A stretch of 64,000 bases of DNA from Octopus sinensis (Eukaryota): positions 93,682,001-93,746,000 of the forward strand of contig NC_043002.1 of the NCBI RefSeq assembly GCF_006345805.1. The letters are read 5' to 3'. The position numbers and the translations under genes are program-made. Shown piece after piece: positions 11,277 through 25,852 of the stretch; position 1 is the first letter of the stretch, and the number at the start of each line of letters is the position of its first letter. The notes below the pieces were generated by a model. The model was not told where the DNA came from. It was given only the letters and a program-made list of their open reading frames with translations, and did not search any database.

Positions 11277-12612
11277 TATATATTCACATAGGCATAAATA
11301 TGTACATATACTTGTAACTCGAGAACGAGGGTTTAGCATCAAAATAGTTAAGTATAAGATGTTTCAAGAGTCACGTTTGTTACAGTCACGACGCAGAAGA
11401 ACGTTGAGAATTCCTGCATTGAATTGGAAATATTTTCTTGTTGATATTTTGTAGATATTTTGCAATCCCTAATTTAGGGTGTGGTGCACATTTCATACTT
11501 TAGGATGTTTATCGTTCTCTGAGATACATACAGTTTAGAAATTATTTTTCTTGTTTTTGTATCTTTGCCAACAGAAATAAATCTTACAGTATCAAAGAGT
11601 TAAATTTTGAAGGATTATATGTTAGTCTTGGCCTCAATAGCTTTGTATATATTTGATAAATATTTACGATAATTAAACAAATTTTGGAGATATAACTGCT
11701 GCTGTTTAGCTAACAAAATGCGAGAGCGTGGGATAGAATTTGTCGCCGTATTTGTTCAAACCTCACAGAATCAATTCTGCTTTCATTCTTCCGGGATAGA
11801 TAATTGAAATATTGGTGCAGCCTATTCTGCATTCGTGCGTGTCATTCTTGATATTCTGCTTGATTAAAGGTGGTAGGGTCGAAAGGCTGTCCGTGTTTGT
11901 CCACAGCTACATGGCCAGTTATAGATATTAGGGATAACACGGTACATTTTTACACCAAGTCATCATCGATTGCAAATGATCATGTAGTTTATTAGCTGTA
12001 AAAGCTAGCAATTAATACAGAGAACATTTCGAATTTTATAAGACATGTATGTGCCCTATTTGACGCTCTGTGTTCCATTGCTCTCGTTTTTGAATTATCA
12101 AACAAAAATAATTACACACATGTACGCATAGACACACACACACACACACACACAAATTTCGCTATTCTTTTCACATTGCTGTTAATTAATTTCAAAGTAC
12201 ATTATTGCAACCAGATCATGTAAAAATACAATAATGTTCAAAACAAGATTATCACAGTTAAATTATTTAAAAAAAAAAATCCTTTTCACATATTCCAAAA
12301 TTTCATATGATATTCACGATTACATATTACAAAGTGCCTTATTCCATTCAAATCGGTTCGATATACATTATGAAACGCTTCAAAGTACATAATTACAAAA
12401 ATATATGATTATATGTTCCAAAATGTATAATTACATACCAGCAATGTACGTGTGTAATGGTTTGCTACTATCATTCATTTAATAAATAATATGCATACAG
12501 GATGTCACCTCGTTACAGACTCATTGGATAAGAAGAGAGGTAATATTATATATGATAGTAGACCTAAATTAAGTCGGGACGTAAATTATTCTGAATGAAA
12601 ATGGAATAAAAA

Positions 12613-12817
12613 TGCTCTAATCCTTAATGTCGGATTGTTATAACGCCCACTTCGATATAGCAGTATAGTTGTTAGACCAGGAAAGACACGACTATCAAAG
12701 ACCGTCTGTTTCGTACTCTCTCCCTATACTGACCGACGTCACTTTACTTATAGCAACTAGCATATACCACTCGTCACGTGGGAGGGGTATACCATTATTA
12801 CTATTATCCCCACAACA
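12613..12817 (-). repeat. 3' LTR of the Gypsy element
   Basis: TG..CA termini, homologous to 17076-17282; adjacent purine tract on the minus strand at 12818-12827. Confidence 0.85.
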
Positions 12818-15478
12818 CATCCTTTTAAGTTTTTCTTTTTTCTTAGGGAGTGTCATTTTATTTCTTTAAATAGTAATACTTTTTATATCACCCACCACCC
12901 TTTTTGAGTTTTTTTCTTAGTCACACATTTAATATTTTCCTATTTGGCATCCATTTCCAGGAACCCATGTATATCTTTTTCTCACGCTTTTGCGCCTGGG
13001 TTCAATGACTTGTAGTGGCGTTGGTACTTCAAAAGTATCATACAACCATTTCATTGGTTCTTCCATTCTCTTCGGTTCGCTCTTAATGAATCTTTTTTTT
13101 CAGTTGGTTCATGTGTCTCTTGTATACACCTTTTTTTATACTTTTTATCAAGGATAGCATTTTTTCTATGCGTTTGGTAACCACGCCATCTTCCCAACTC
13201 TGTTTTCCGTTCTTATATGCCTTCATAAATACCATTTCACCAATTTTGACAAGTCTTGTATTTTCCCTTGCAATTTTTCTTTTCTTGCTCAGGTAGCAAT
13301 TTGTCAAAGACTGATTTTATTTTCCTCGCAAATATCAGCTCTGCTGGTAACATACCCGCTAGTGTATTTGGATTTGGTGTCACACGGTATACTCTTAAGA
13401 ATTGTTGTTGAGCTACCTCATCCGAGACATCCTTATTCGACTTACTTAGGGCTCTCTTGAACGTATGGCGCCGTAGTTACATGTTCTACCGCGAATGTTT
13501 TACAAAATTCTTTAAATTCAAAAGACAAATTGCGTTCCATTATCAGACACCATGGCGTCTGGGATGCCAACCAGTTCACGTAAAAACAGCTCATGTAAAG
13601 AAATTTGTCACAGTTGAGGAGGTTGGTGTTTTTACACTTACAAATTTCTGGCCACTTAGAGAAACTATCCACTGTCACTAAGTAGTATGAACTGTTTAAG
13701 GGACCAGCGAAATCGATGTGTAGTCTCGACTACTGAACATCTACTTTTGGAATATATCTTCTATATAGTTTTGCCGCTAGAGCACATCCTCTACAGCCTT
13801 TCACTAAATTTTCGATTTTTCTTCCAATTTTTGGCCAATACACGTAGCTACGTATTAAAGCTTTCATCCTCGAAATACCAGGATGTCCAACATGAAATTC
13901 CCTTAACATTTTCTTTTGTAGTGTGTCAGATATCACTGATCTCTGTGCATACATCAGTACGCCATCACAAATTGAGCATAGGTTCACGTCTTTGTTTCGT
14001 TTCGCACCAATCCTGTTCCTATTTACTTTTCCTGACCACAGTGTTCTTTTAACTTCTGTTATGAATTTGTCCTTTACCGCATTTCACTTTATGTCTTCCA
14101 GGGTTACCGGTAATTCGCGTACTACATTCCACATTACATTCTTTATTTCTCTTTCTGCTCTAAAAGCTAGGATGACCGTATCTTCGAATGGCTCACAGTG
14201 TTTCGGTATCAGTCTGGACAAGCCATCCATATGCCCTCGTTTTTTTTATGGTAAATATTCCATTTTGTAGTCATAATTCAATAATGTAGTGCCCGATCAT
14301 TGTAATATATTCGCTGTGTGTGTTGGTATTCCTTTTTTAGAACCGCATATTGACAGTTGTGGGCGATGATACGTTTGTAGACAGAAACTTCTTCCATGAA
14401 TAAATCTATGGAATTTTTCATACTTAGTATGATTGCTAACGCTACTTTTTTTTTCTGGTTATAGTTCCTTTCAGCTGGTAATAATGATCGTGACACATGG
14501 GTTATAGCCTTTTTACTGCCATCGTCATATTTGTGCAGAAGCACTGCTCCTACACGTAATCACTCGCATCTGTAGCCAATATAATATCCAACTTCGGACC
14601 AAAATGCATTAACGATAAATCCGACGTTAACTCGTCAAATGCCTTCTCTCACTTATCAGTCTAACACTATTTTCTATTTTTCTTTAACAAATTATTGAGC
14701 AGGGCTCTTACCCTATGAATATTGGGAATGTAAATTTGATAATAATTTACTAAACCCAAGAATGCTTGTAGCATAGTCACATTATTTGGCGTGGGCATAT
14801 TTTTTTATCGCACTTGCTCTGGCTGGATCCGGTTTTCGTTCGTTATCTATTATCTGGCTTGTTTAATTTTTGTCATGAAGTACTCACATTTTTCTGCCAT
14901 TAACGTGAAACCGTATTTTCTAATCTTCTCGAATACCCTTTTAGCGTCTTCTATATGTTGTTCATGTGATTAGCTTTTTATTAGAATATCGTCCAAGTAG
15001 GTGATAGCAAAATCAGTCATCCAGCATTGTGTCCATTACTTGCTGGAATATGGAAGGAGCCACTTTTACACTAAAGGGAAGTCACTTAAATTTAAATAAG
15101 CCACGGTGGGTATTGATGGTTAATGTGAGCATTCCTCTTTTGCTTAGATCTATAGATATGCCTCCGAGAGGTTCAATTTTGAGAAAAATTTCCCTCCATT
15201 CAATTGTGCAAACACTTCCCCATGACTCGGTAATCGGTAGTTATGTGAGATTATGCGATCGTTCAAACCTGTTGAAAAATCTGCACAAACTCTTAACTTG
15301 TTATTTTTCTTTTTTTACATAGACTTTAGGTGCTGACCAGTTTGAGTGGTCAGTCTTCTCGATTATTCCTTGGCTTCCAAGTCTTTCAAGTCCCTTGTTT
15401 ATCTGGTCTATTGTCGCGAACGGTACATTTCGTTTTAGCTTAAATTGTAGGTGTTGCACTTTGTTTTACTGCAATTTT

Positions 15479-16083
15479 TACCTGCGCCATGGAAGGAGGT
15501 TATGTTTTCATTGGCGTTGGTTTGTCCGCCTGTCCGCCTGTGTGCAAAATAACTCCAAAAATTGTGAACGGTATTTGATGAAACTTGCAGGAAAAGTTGG
15601 GAATCACACAAGGAACAGATAATGAAATTTTGGTAGTGATCCGGGAATTTTTATGGATTCTAGAAGGATTTTTCATTTGTTATATTTACTTTACATGAAG
15701 TATTACCTTCTTTGATTATTTCTCTTGAGAACACGTTCATCGTTTGCACGTAACCTATGGTGGCGTTGCTGCTTCCAAAGTTTATTTTCGTTTCTCTATT
15801 AGTAAATTTACTCGCGTATCTATCTTAACACTCAAGTTTCTTTTTAGTTGTATGGTGAAACTACTTGCAGTTGTCATTGATGTATTATAACTGTTTCATA
15901 TGATTCCTGTTTTTAAAGTTTCTTTAAAAATCATATGGCTGTGATATTTTTTTTAACCCCGACAAGGAGGTTATGTTTTTGCCGGCGTCGCCTTGGAAAA
16001 TTGGGCGAGTTTCAGAATGCGTGTATATGGGTGGAAATGAGCTGCTTGGTGGAAGTCTGCGCTTTCCGAGTGCTTTTCTGGTT
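15479..16083 (+). mobile_element. Non-autonomous Helentron/HINE-like element nested in Gypsy pol
   Basis: Start ACCTGCGCCATGGAAGGAGGTTATGTTTTC, end TTGGTGGAAGTCTGCGCTTTCCGAGTGCTTTTCTGGTT (subterminal IR plus 3' hairpin); pol-like peptide resumes on both sides. Confidence 0.6.
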
Positions 16084-16220
16084 GCCTTTGCTTTCGTGCA
16101 GCAACCAAGTTCCCCCGAGAAAACATCTGGAAATACATGTTTACTTTTCGTTTCAGTCCCTCAGCCTCATTCGAACCTCCGACTGAACTGACTATATTCC
16201 CATACAAAACACGGGCGTAT

Positions 16221-16381
16221 TTTGCCGAACCGCTAAGTTACGGGGACGTAAACACACCAGCATCGGTTGTCAAGCGATGTTGGGTGGGGGGGACAAACAC
16301 AGACACACAAGCATATATACACTCTCTCTCCCCCTCTCTCTCCCTCTCCCCTCTCTCTCCCTCTCCCCTCTCTCTCTCTCG

Positions 16382-16430
<49 letters not shown>

Positions 16431-16594
16431 TGACGAGCTTCTTTCAGTTTCCGTCTACCAAATCCACTCACAAGGCTTTGGTCGGCTCGAGGCTATAGTA
16501 GAAGACACTTGCGCAAGGTGTCACGCAGTGGGACTGAACCTGGAACCATGTGGTTTATAAGCAAGCTACTTACCACACAGCCACTCCTACGCCT
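16221..16594 (-). mobile_element. SINE family A (3'-truncated) nested in the Gypsy element
   Basis: Family A head at 16594; tail missing. Confidence 0.85.
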
Positions 16595-17062
16595 ATAAAG
16601 TTTGTCAAAAGGTTTTTTCGGGAGTAAGTAATTGCTGTAACGCTCATGTTCTTCTGCTGCTAGTTTTCTTAAGATTAGACGCGATTTCATATCGTCGTCC
16701 CAATCTTTGTATTCCTTATCGAAGATTTATTCGTATCTTCTATACTAAGCCTCGAAGGTAATTCCTTCGTCTGGTTCGTACTTAAACTCTGTTATCGAGT
16801 TCGCAACATAATCTGCTGAGAATTTTTTTTCAGCATTTCCTGACGACTTACTATTCATTAATTGCAGCATTTGTTGCTGTAATAGTAATTGCTGCTGTTG
16901 TTGTTGTTGCTTCTTCTGTTGTTCTTGCAGTTGCAGCTGCTGCTGTTGTTGTTCTTTCCGTTGCTGTTTTTGCAACTCGAGAAAACCAGCCAACAAATTT
17001 TCCATAGTTTTACGATTTTTTTTCGTAAAATTCGCACGCAAAAAAGAAAAATGTTTGTTAAT

Positions 17063-17074
17063 TCCTCGTCGCCA
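17063..17074 (-). other. Primer binding site complementary to the tRNA-Ser(GCU) 3' end
   Basis: Minus strand TGGCGACGAGGA, 1 nt after the 5' LTR; metazoan tRNA-Ser(GCU) ends ..TCCTCGTCG-CCA. Confidence 0.75.
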
Positions 17075-17075
17075 C

Positions 17076-17282
17076 TGTTGTCATCCTTTATTCTCGGATT
17101 GTTATAACACCCTCATCAGTATAGCAGTATAGTTGTTAGACCAGTAAAGACACGACTGTCTACGGCCTGTCTACTTCGTATTCTTTTCCTATACTGACCG
17201 ACATTACTTTATTTATAGCAACTAGAACATACCACTCGTCAAGGGTGAGGGGTGTATAATTATTACTATTATCCCTACAATA
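17076..17282 (-). repeat. 5' LTR of the Gypsy element
   Basis: Homologous to 12613-12817, adjacent to the PBS. Confidence 0.85.
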
Positions 17283-17893
17283 AGAAACAATACACTTTTG
17301 GTTTAATAAATGTTTTCTGGAGTCACGAGATCGCATAGTGCCAAAAAGTACAGAATATCAGCAGCGGACAAAAAATGTCCAGCAACGGCGGTGGAACAGA
17401 TAGATCGTGTGATTTCAGCGTGTTCGCGCGCCATCAGCATAGGTATTCGCTAACACCATATACTAGCCCAATTTCATCTGTACTGATGTACAGAAATATT
17501 TTTGCCTAGCCTACCTTCTGTTTGCGACACCAGTGACTAGTCTCTGTTTTACTGTATTTCAGTACAGCCGAAATTTGGCTAGCAAACGTGATAGTGGATA
17601 CTTGCTGCAGAGGAAGCGCAAGAACTCTGAAATTATGAGATCTAGCGGTGCGATGATGCGAGATGCCATCTCAGGTCGAATACCGCAGTTTTATGGAATT
17701 CTTAAATTATATCTACGTTAAGTAGGATATAAAAATTGCTATTCGTTACTAATACTGTTTCCGTCGCGAATAACTATATATATATATATTGTTGTATATA
17801 TATTGTCATGTTGCTGGTTTAGCCAATAAAGACACACGCACTATATATTTGGTGTTCACTTGCTTCAGCTTTATTTTATATTAATTGTATTTC

Positions 17894-17937
17894 GACCAGA
17901 GTTCTTTCCTCTCACTTCTGTGACCTCATCAGTGGTC
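17894..17937 (-). ncRNA. Minimal type I hammerhead ribozyme motif
   Basis: GACCA-CTGATGA-(TCAC/GTGA stem II)-GAAA-GAAC-TC-TGGTC; homologue at 47642. Confidence 0.7.
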
Positions 17938-18111
17938 CTTTGCTTTCTTCTTTCTTTTTTGTGTGTCTCTCCTTACTAATGATCTGCCGTTTGTATTGCT
18001 ATTGTATGTGTCTTTATTTGCGCATGCATATATATATCCCTGTGTGTGTGTCTATGTTTAGTAAGTGTGTGTGTGTGTGTGTGTGTGTGCGTGTGTGGAA
18101 ATATGACTGCC

Positions 18112-18489
18112 TTATCAGTATCCCCTGTTTATACACGTTCGTTTAATTTACTTTTATTTATTTTATTCATTTGTATATCTACTTACTTTTCTTTTTCTTC
18201 CTATTTTTTAATTTAATTTATTTTATTAATGGATGAATGGAACACTAGCACACACAGCCAACACACCACAACCTATGACAGAATAAGATCCCCATAAACT
18301 GATAATAATATGAATACAATACAATACACAGATAAATAAATGGAATTAAATAACTATATACTTTAACAAAATAAATCAAATTAAATTAAATACCAAAAAA
18401 TAGAAAGAAAAAACAAGTAGATATAAACAAATGAATGAAATAAATACAAGTAAATTAAACGAACGTGTATAAACAGAGGATACTGATAA
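18112..18489. repeat. Inverted repeat (arms about 120 bp) beside the 17.9-kb hammerhead
   Basis: TTATCAGTATCCCCTGTTTATACACGTTCG.. versus ..CGAACGTGTATAAACAGAGGATACTGATAA. Confidence 0.8.
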
Positions 18490-18490
18490 T

Positions 18491-18760
18491 GCGAGCACAG
18501 TGGTTAGGGTAGCGGATTCGCGGTCGTAGGATCACGGTTTCGATTTCCAGACCGGGCGTTGTGACAGTTTATTGAGCGAAAACACCTAAAGCTCCACAAG
18601 GTTTCGGCAGGGGATGGTGGCGGACCCTGCTGTACTCTTTTACCACAACTTTCTCTCACTCTTTCTTCCTGTTTATGTTGTACCTGTATTTCAAAGGGCC
18701 AGCCTTGTCACACACTGTGTCACGCTGAATCTCCCCGAGAACTACGTTAAGGGTGCACGT
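18491..18760 (+). mobile_element. SINE family B, 3'-truncated
   Basis: Matches the family B head and body. Confidence 0.8.
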
Positions 18761-19444
18761 ATGTATGTATGTATGTATGTATGTATGTATGTATGTATGT
18801 ATGTATGTATGTATGTATGTATGTATACACAATCACACACGCACATATACACAAACGCACATATGCACACACGCACATATGTAAGCATGTATATATATGT
18901 TCATATATCTATGGGTATGTCTCTGTGTTTAAGCTCGCCTTCCCCCTAACGCCTGGTAACCGCCTTGTTTACGTCCCCGCAACCTAGTAGTTCGGCAAAA
19001 AGTAAGCGATAGATTAAATACCAGGCTTAAAAAATAAGTACTGGGGTCGAGTTGTTCCATTAAACGTTTTAAGGTGGTGCCCCAGCATGACCGCAGTCCA
19101 AAGAAACAAGTAAAAGATAAAAGATATAGATAAATATTAAGAACTTTTATCGTCCGAAGGAATGCAGCTTTAGTAATAGAAAGCCTTCAGATACAAATAT
19201 ATGGAAAATCCAGTTAGGAATCTGGAAACCATTTTTATAATTATTTCAAAGAAAATTGGACAAAATGTTTAGACTATTGTTTTATCCTATGGGAAGAAGT
19301 TTTGGGTAGACTTGTGAATTTAACAAAGAGCCAAAGTGATGATAGCATTCAGTTTACTATGGAGAAAAGGTAGGATAAATCTGGTTTTCTTTCAGTGATC
19401 TGAAGTTGTTTCATATATATAGGAAACAACTTCAGATCACTGTA

Positions 19445-19972
<528 letters not shown>

Positions 19973-20027
19973 ATATAAAGAATAAGCCCTTATCTTAATA
20001 TGTATTTCTAATCGGTATATCTTTACT

Positions 20028-20098
20028 ACCTCTGAAGAAATCCATCTTATAGTGAAGTTAATTATCTAAAGATTTCTGAATCGAAACAGCTGTCAGAG
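20028..20098 (+). ncRNA. Hammerhead-like motif (weak stem I)
   Basis: CTGAAGA..GAAA-CAGCTG-TC-AG; palindromic stem III. Confidence 0.5.
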
Positions 20099-20293
20099 AT
20101 GTTGTCATATTTTATAATCAATAAATAATTTTATTAATTACCTCTCCATTTTCTTCTTGTTCTTTAAATATATAAAAATGTGAACCACGGTTTATATGGT
20201 TACCTTATCGTTGAACTATCTATAGATTGGTAACTAACCAATATTTTCATTGGATTTATGATCCCTTAATGAGGTTTATTACCTTTACTTGAT

Positions 20294-20325
<32 letters not shown>

Positions 20326-20618
20326 ATATTATATATATATATAACAGAAGACAGATATGGCAGAAATATATATATTATATATATATATATATATAATATA
20401 TATATTATATATATATTATAATATATATATATATATATAGTATATAATAAAAGAAGCAGGCAACAGGTTGCTTAGCCGCATACCGAAAAAATTAGAAATA
20501 GCAGTCAGAGACTGTTTATTTCTATTTTCTACAAATGAGACTCCACATACGACATATCCCTGTAATTCACATATGCAAAACAGAAGGAATAAATAAGGAA
20601 AACAAAGTCTGACGGTCA

Positions 20619-20684
20619 TTTACTAACGCGTTTCTAGATTAGAAATATTATGAATATATATTTCATGTCTTTCATCAGCGTAAA
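20619..20684 (-). ncRNA. Type I hammerhead ribozyme motif
   Basis: TTTACG-CTGATGA-..-GAAA-CGCG-TT-AGTAAA. Confidence 0.65.
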
Positions 20685-20883
20685 CCTCCACTAAAATAGA
20701 TTTATCAAATGCTACGTGCCTCCACTTCCTGGACCAGGCGACATCAAAATAGTGGAAGAAAGCGAGCATAGGCTAAACCTATATAGACAATTGAATTCGT
20801 AAATTTTCCCTCCAAAATTTTACCATGTGCATTACAAAAATAGTTCCTTAGAGGTAAAAACCATTAAATATATTATTTACTCT

Positions 20884-20923
<40 letters not shown>

Positions 20924-21300
20924 CAACTTCAGATCACTGAAAGAAAAACAGCAATGTAACCACACACATGTTGTTGGCGATTTCTTTTCCTTTTTCGAAC
21001 TTTCTCTTTCCCCTTTTCCAACGAAGAGCCATGTTCGAAACGCCAAACTCTCTCTTCGTCGAGCGTGACACTAATATATTCCTTGTGCATGTCCTGCTGT
21101 TGTCCTCTAGTTTTACTATTCGTTTCCTTTTTTAACTGATTGCTTTTTTGAATTGATTGTTTATTTGAATCGGCTATACATGCATGCATACATACATACA
21201 TACATACATACATACATACATACATACATACATACATACATACATACATACATACGGACGTCTCCATGTATAGTTCTTCAAATTATATTTGTATTGACGG

Positions 21301-21373
21301 TCACACTGAAGATCTACGGACAAATTGCGTAAGTAAAATTACGTAATCTGTTAATAGGGAAACATGTATGTGA
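21301..21373 (+). ncRNA. Type I hammerhead ribozyme motif
   Basis: TCACA-CTGAAGA-TCTA..TAGG-GAAA-CATG-TA-TGTGA. Confidence 0.78.
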
Positions 21374-21699
21374 ATAATCTATATTTTTATTACTTTCATT
21401 TGGCTTGCTCGCTTGCGTTCTGGTATTTGCTAAATTTTTCTTAGTGATAAGACCATAAGACGGATCTACTTCTAGCGTAAGAGTTGTCCACATAGTGGTC
21501 ATCCCTCTCATATGTATGTGTATGTATGTATGTATGGTATGGTATCTATATATATATATATATATATTATATGGGTGTGTGTGTGTGTGTGTTGTGTGTG
21601 TGTGTTGTGTGTGTGTGTGGGTGTGTGTGTGTGTGTGTGAAGGTCTCTGATTGGGATCGGTATCTTGCTTTAAAGCGATTCTGAAACTATGTTTTTAGT

Positions 21700-22334
21700 A
21701 TTATATCAGAATTCTTTTACTATAGTCGGAAAGTTTTGCAATAAAGACATTGAACATGCTTCGGCAAGATTACGGTGACGAGGCAATGAGACGTACACAG
21801 TGTTTCGAGTGACACGGGCACCTCAAAAGCGATCTGGAAGACCTCCCACAAGCATCATCCCCGCAAATGTGGAGAAAATTCATCAGCTTGCGCCTGGAGA
21901 TCGTAGGAGGACAATCAACGACATTTTGAAGCGTTTGACGTAGGGCATTCGGCGAAAGCGACTGGATCTGGATCCTGTCACAGTGCTCTCCTTACTCGTG
22001 AATTTCTCGCCCAAAACAACATAATATCTCTACCGCACTAGCCCTATTCACCAGATTTAGCACCTGCGGACATTTATCTCTTTCCCAAGAGGAAAATGCA
22101 ACTCAAAGGTCGCTGTTTTAACATCGTTGTCGAGATCAAGAGCAAATCGCAGAAGGTCCTCGACTAGCTTACGGAAAACGACTTCCAGACCGGAATCCAA
22201 AAGTGGCAGGAACCCTGGCACAGGTATATTGCAGTGCAAGGCGACTATTTCGTAGGAAATGATGTTAAAACTTAGGTAAATAAGTTATTTTTTATTAACC
22301 ATAGCTAGTAATGGAACTTTCTGATATCACCTCG
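21700..22334 (+). mobile_element. Internally deleted mariner (DD34D-type) relic
   Basis: MLRQDYGDEAMRRTQCFE and PYSPDLAPADIYLFPK-like peptides; terminus ATCACCTCG|TA. Confidence 0.8.
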
Positions 22335-23288
22335 TAATACATACATACATACATACATACATACATACATACATACATACATACATACATGCATGCATAC
22401 AGACAGACAGACAGACAGACAGGCAGACAGACAGAAAATCAATCGTATAATTGTCATGTAGTTGAATATATGTATTACTATATAATACTTATAACGAATG
22501 ACCTATAATGGTATATGAATGTAAGCTCAGTAACTTAAAGCTGGTGTGTGGTGCAGAAACAAATGTGATCAACTATAAAGTCTGATATCTTCCATCGTCG
22601 TGTTATATTATTCTTGTATTAATCTTATGCAAAGAGGAGTTCCGCATGTGTATCTAGCTCTGAAATATAGCCTTCTGTAGGATAACATGCAGTAGCAAAT
22701 TACGACTTAAGAACTCTTAAATGCACATTACGAGATTTTCATTCGAATAATATAATATAATATAATATAATATAATATAATACAATATATATCTATAATA
22801 ATATATATCATTATATATATTCTATGTACATACAACGAATTTGGAAAACTTTTAAAATTAAGATAAACATTTATTTACATGAGAGAAAATTACCGGAGAC
22901 ATAACGTGTTGTGCTAAAAATAACAGCTAAATAAGATTTTTTGGATAAATCTTTTAAATCAACATAGACATTTATATACAGGAAAACAAAATGGCAGCTT
23001 CCAAATCCTGTTTCCTGACTGGGTCACAGCGCAGGTGCACAGTAGAAGTAACTAACTAGACAAAATCTTTCACTTTTATAAAAAGATTAAAAAAGTATGG
23101 GAGACCTTACATAGAAAAGACAATGTCCATTTACGTCCATTTACGCGGGAGTTCTGGGCAAAATGTTATAGTGCATGACCATCCTTGGGACATAATGAAT
23201 GTGTAAAGTTTGGAGAAAATTGGTTGAGAATTGAGGAAATGTATGCGTTAGTCATTACACACACACATACTGCGATTTGTATATACTA

Positions 23289-23577
23289 CTAGCAGTATCG
23301 CCCGGCGTTGCTCGGGTTTGTAAGGGAAAAACTACTAGCATTTTTTAGAGTTTATAGCAAAAAATAGCAAAAAAAGCATTAAAATGGAAAAAAAATTATG
23401 GTAAATTATTTTTTAATCGTAGATCATCGTAGACGCGCGCTAATACCCAGAAGGGCTCGATATGAATCACGACTATAAGATATCCTGTTTTGGTTAAACT
23501 GCACCGCAAAATGTGGGAGTAGTTAGGAATCTAAATCGTAGGAGACAGACACACAACTTCTCTTTTATATATAAAGA
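23289..23577 (-). mobile_element. Short non-autonomous Helitron
   Basis: Minus strand A|TCTTTATATATAAAAG..CCCGAGCAACGCCGGG hairpin..CTAG|T. Confidence 0.8.
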
Positions 23578-23898
23578 TATATGTGTGTGTGTGTGTGTGT
23601 GGTTTGTGTGTGTGTTTGTGTGTGTGTATGCAGAAAGAGAGAGAGAGAGAGAGAGTGAGAGAGAGTGAGAGAGAGGGAGAGAGAGTGAGAGGGAGAGAAG
23701 GATATAGATACAAAGAGAGACTCATCGAGGGAGGGTTTATGTATGGCATTTTAAATTGAAAACAAATTCACATAGGCGTATTTAACAAATTATTATGATT
23801 AAATATTTATTACCAAATATTAAATTACTTAATAATATATTAATTATCAATTTTTTGAAAATAGTTAAGTTTATTGCACGATAAGATCCTGTTTCAAT

Positions 23899-23998
23899 NN
23901 NNNNNNNNNNNNNNNNNNNNNNNNNNNNNNNNNNNNNNNNNNNNNNNNNNNNNNNNNNNNNNNNNNNNNNNNNNNNNNNNNNNNNNNNNNNNNNNNNN
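23899..23998. other. Assembly gap (100 N)
   Basis: Run of N. Confidence 1.
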
Positions 23999-24245
23999 AA
24001 TTCTTTACCTTAATCATTGCGAAACAGTGAGTAACAAGTATATCCCTTTGACTAACAGGTACAATCTATCCAGTCCCTGCCGCGATGCATATGTCGACTC
24101 GAAATGCTGACGGAAGATACTTGCCCAAGCTACCATGAAGTGCAATCGAACATATCACCTCGTAATTGCGAAGCAAGGTTCTTAATCACATTGCCGTACC
24201 TAGGGCTATATTTGTATGCACACACGCACACGCACACACACACAC

Positions 24246-24293
<48 letters not shown>

Positions 24294-24998
24294 GCGCGCG
24301 CGCACACACACGCATGCACACACAGAAGATTGAGCGTTTACACGATTGAAAGACACAATATTTTCTTGTCCCACGTTTAGTGATTCTTTGAATGTATCTG
24401 TACATGGATTCAATGTAAATTTAGAGAGAAGTGTATAGAACGTAAAAAAAAAAAAAAAAAAAAAATGAGGGCAGAATGAATTCCATAGGTGAACAAAGTT
24501 AGAAGAATCTCTTGTCAGAAACGTTAGGAGGCTTTACTGATGTCAAATGAAATTATTGCTTTCGTCGGTGACAAACAAAAGAAAAGTGCCTGTAGACCTT
24601 GGCCACCCAGAAGGGAACGAAACTCAAAGTGGCAAAAGAGGTGATTGGTGACAATTATTTATATCACCAAGAAGATGCTAGAAGTGACTGCAATAGCTCG
24701 GTGGTTTGCTGGACCAGAGGAGTTACTTTGGTCACGGGACGCACTGTAACGCGTTTTTAAAGACTGGGCTGGACATACATATATACATATTGCATATGTA
24801 CCATTCTTTGTCTGCAACATATTGACATTGTTTCTTATTGTAGACGCAATGTTATTTTGTCCTGTCCTATCACACATTCGTCAGCCTTTTTCTGTAGCTT
24901 TATGCCCTGGCGCTCCCGTTGATAACATTGGTCTTGGTGTTAAATAGCGCGAAACCACTAAGACGTCTCGGAAACCAACTGATGAGAAAATCAAAGCG

Positions 24999-25137
<139 letters not shown>

Positions 25138-25388
25138 GTGTGTGTGTCTTAGCTGATCGAGTGCTATTATACTTGTTGAAGCCTTATTCATATATATTTA
25201 TAAAATCCAAGAGCATTTGTTTGAAAAGATTAATCGAAAGCGCTCATACACACTAGGAAAATTTTTTCTTCTAAAACGGTTGGTGGTATTCTGTAAAAAG
25301 ATTTTATAACTTTTTAAAAAAAGGAATTAAAAGAAAAAAATCCCTTACACTTAAAACTGTAGTAAATAATTTTCACAAAGACTTTCAA

Positions 25389-25447
<59 letters not shown>

Positions 25448-25614
25448 CTATAATTATAAGCATAATTATAATTAGGGTTCAGCAAAATTTGCTTCACCAC
25501 ATACCGAAATTTAGAAATAGCAGTTAAAATATTATTCTCCTACCATAAGATATCTCCCGTACAACTCACGCAGGTAAAGAGAAAAAAAATAAGGAATCCA
25601 CCCGGCTTTGATTA

Positions 25615-25698
25615 ACTGTATACGCGTTTCGGGGCTAAAGAGATGTAAAAAGATGTAAAATCATATTTCTACTCACTTATTCCCTTCCTCAGTACAGT
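25615..25698 (-). ncRNA. Type I hammerhead ribozyme motif
   Basis: ACTGTA-CTGAGGA-AGGG..CCCC-GAAA-CGCG-TA-TACAGT. Confidence 0.8.
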
Positions 25699-25852
25699 AT
25701 TTCAAATTTTAAACTTGAGAGCACTGATAATTAACATACGTACTCGACCAAGCGCCATCGAATAGCTGGGGTTTTTGGATATATGCTATTTAATGGCGTT
25801 TGGTCGAGTACGTATATTAATTGCCAGTGCTCTCAAATTTAAAATTTGAAAT

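Larger units (their letters stand above)
12613..17282 (-). mobile_element. Decayed Ty3/Gypsy LTR retrotransposon (Mag/K02A2.6-like)
   Basis: Two LTRs of about 205 bp; PBS; gag (MENLLAG..ITEFKYEPDEGITFEA); RT (APSIFQQVMD, YLDDILI); RNase H; integrase (HVGHPGISRMKALIRSYVYWP, VDSFSKWPEI); many stops. Confidence 0.92.

Noticed and set aside
17085-17122. CTGATGA on the minus strand in the Gypsy LTR as a hammerhead
   Set aside because: No GAAA or stem I partner; not conserved in the other LTR
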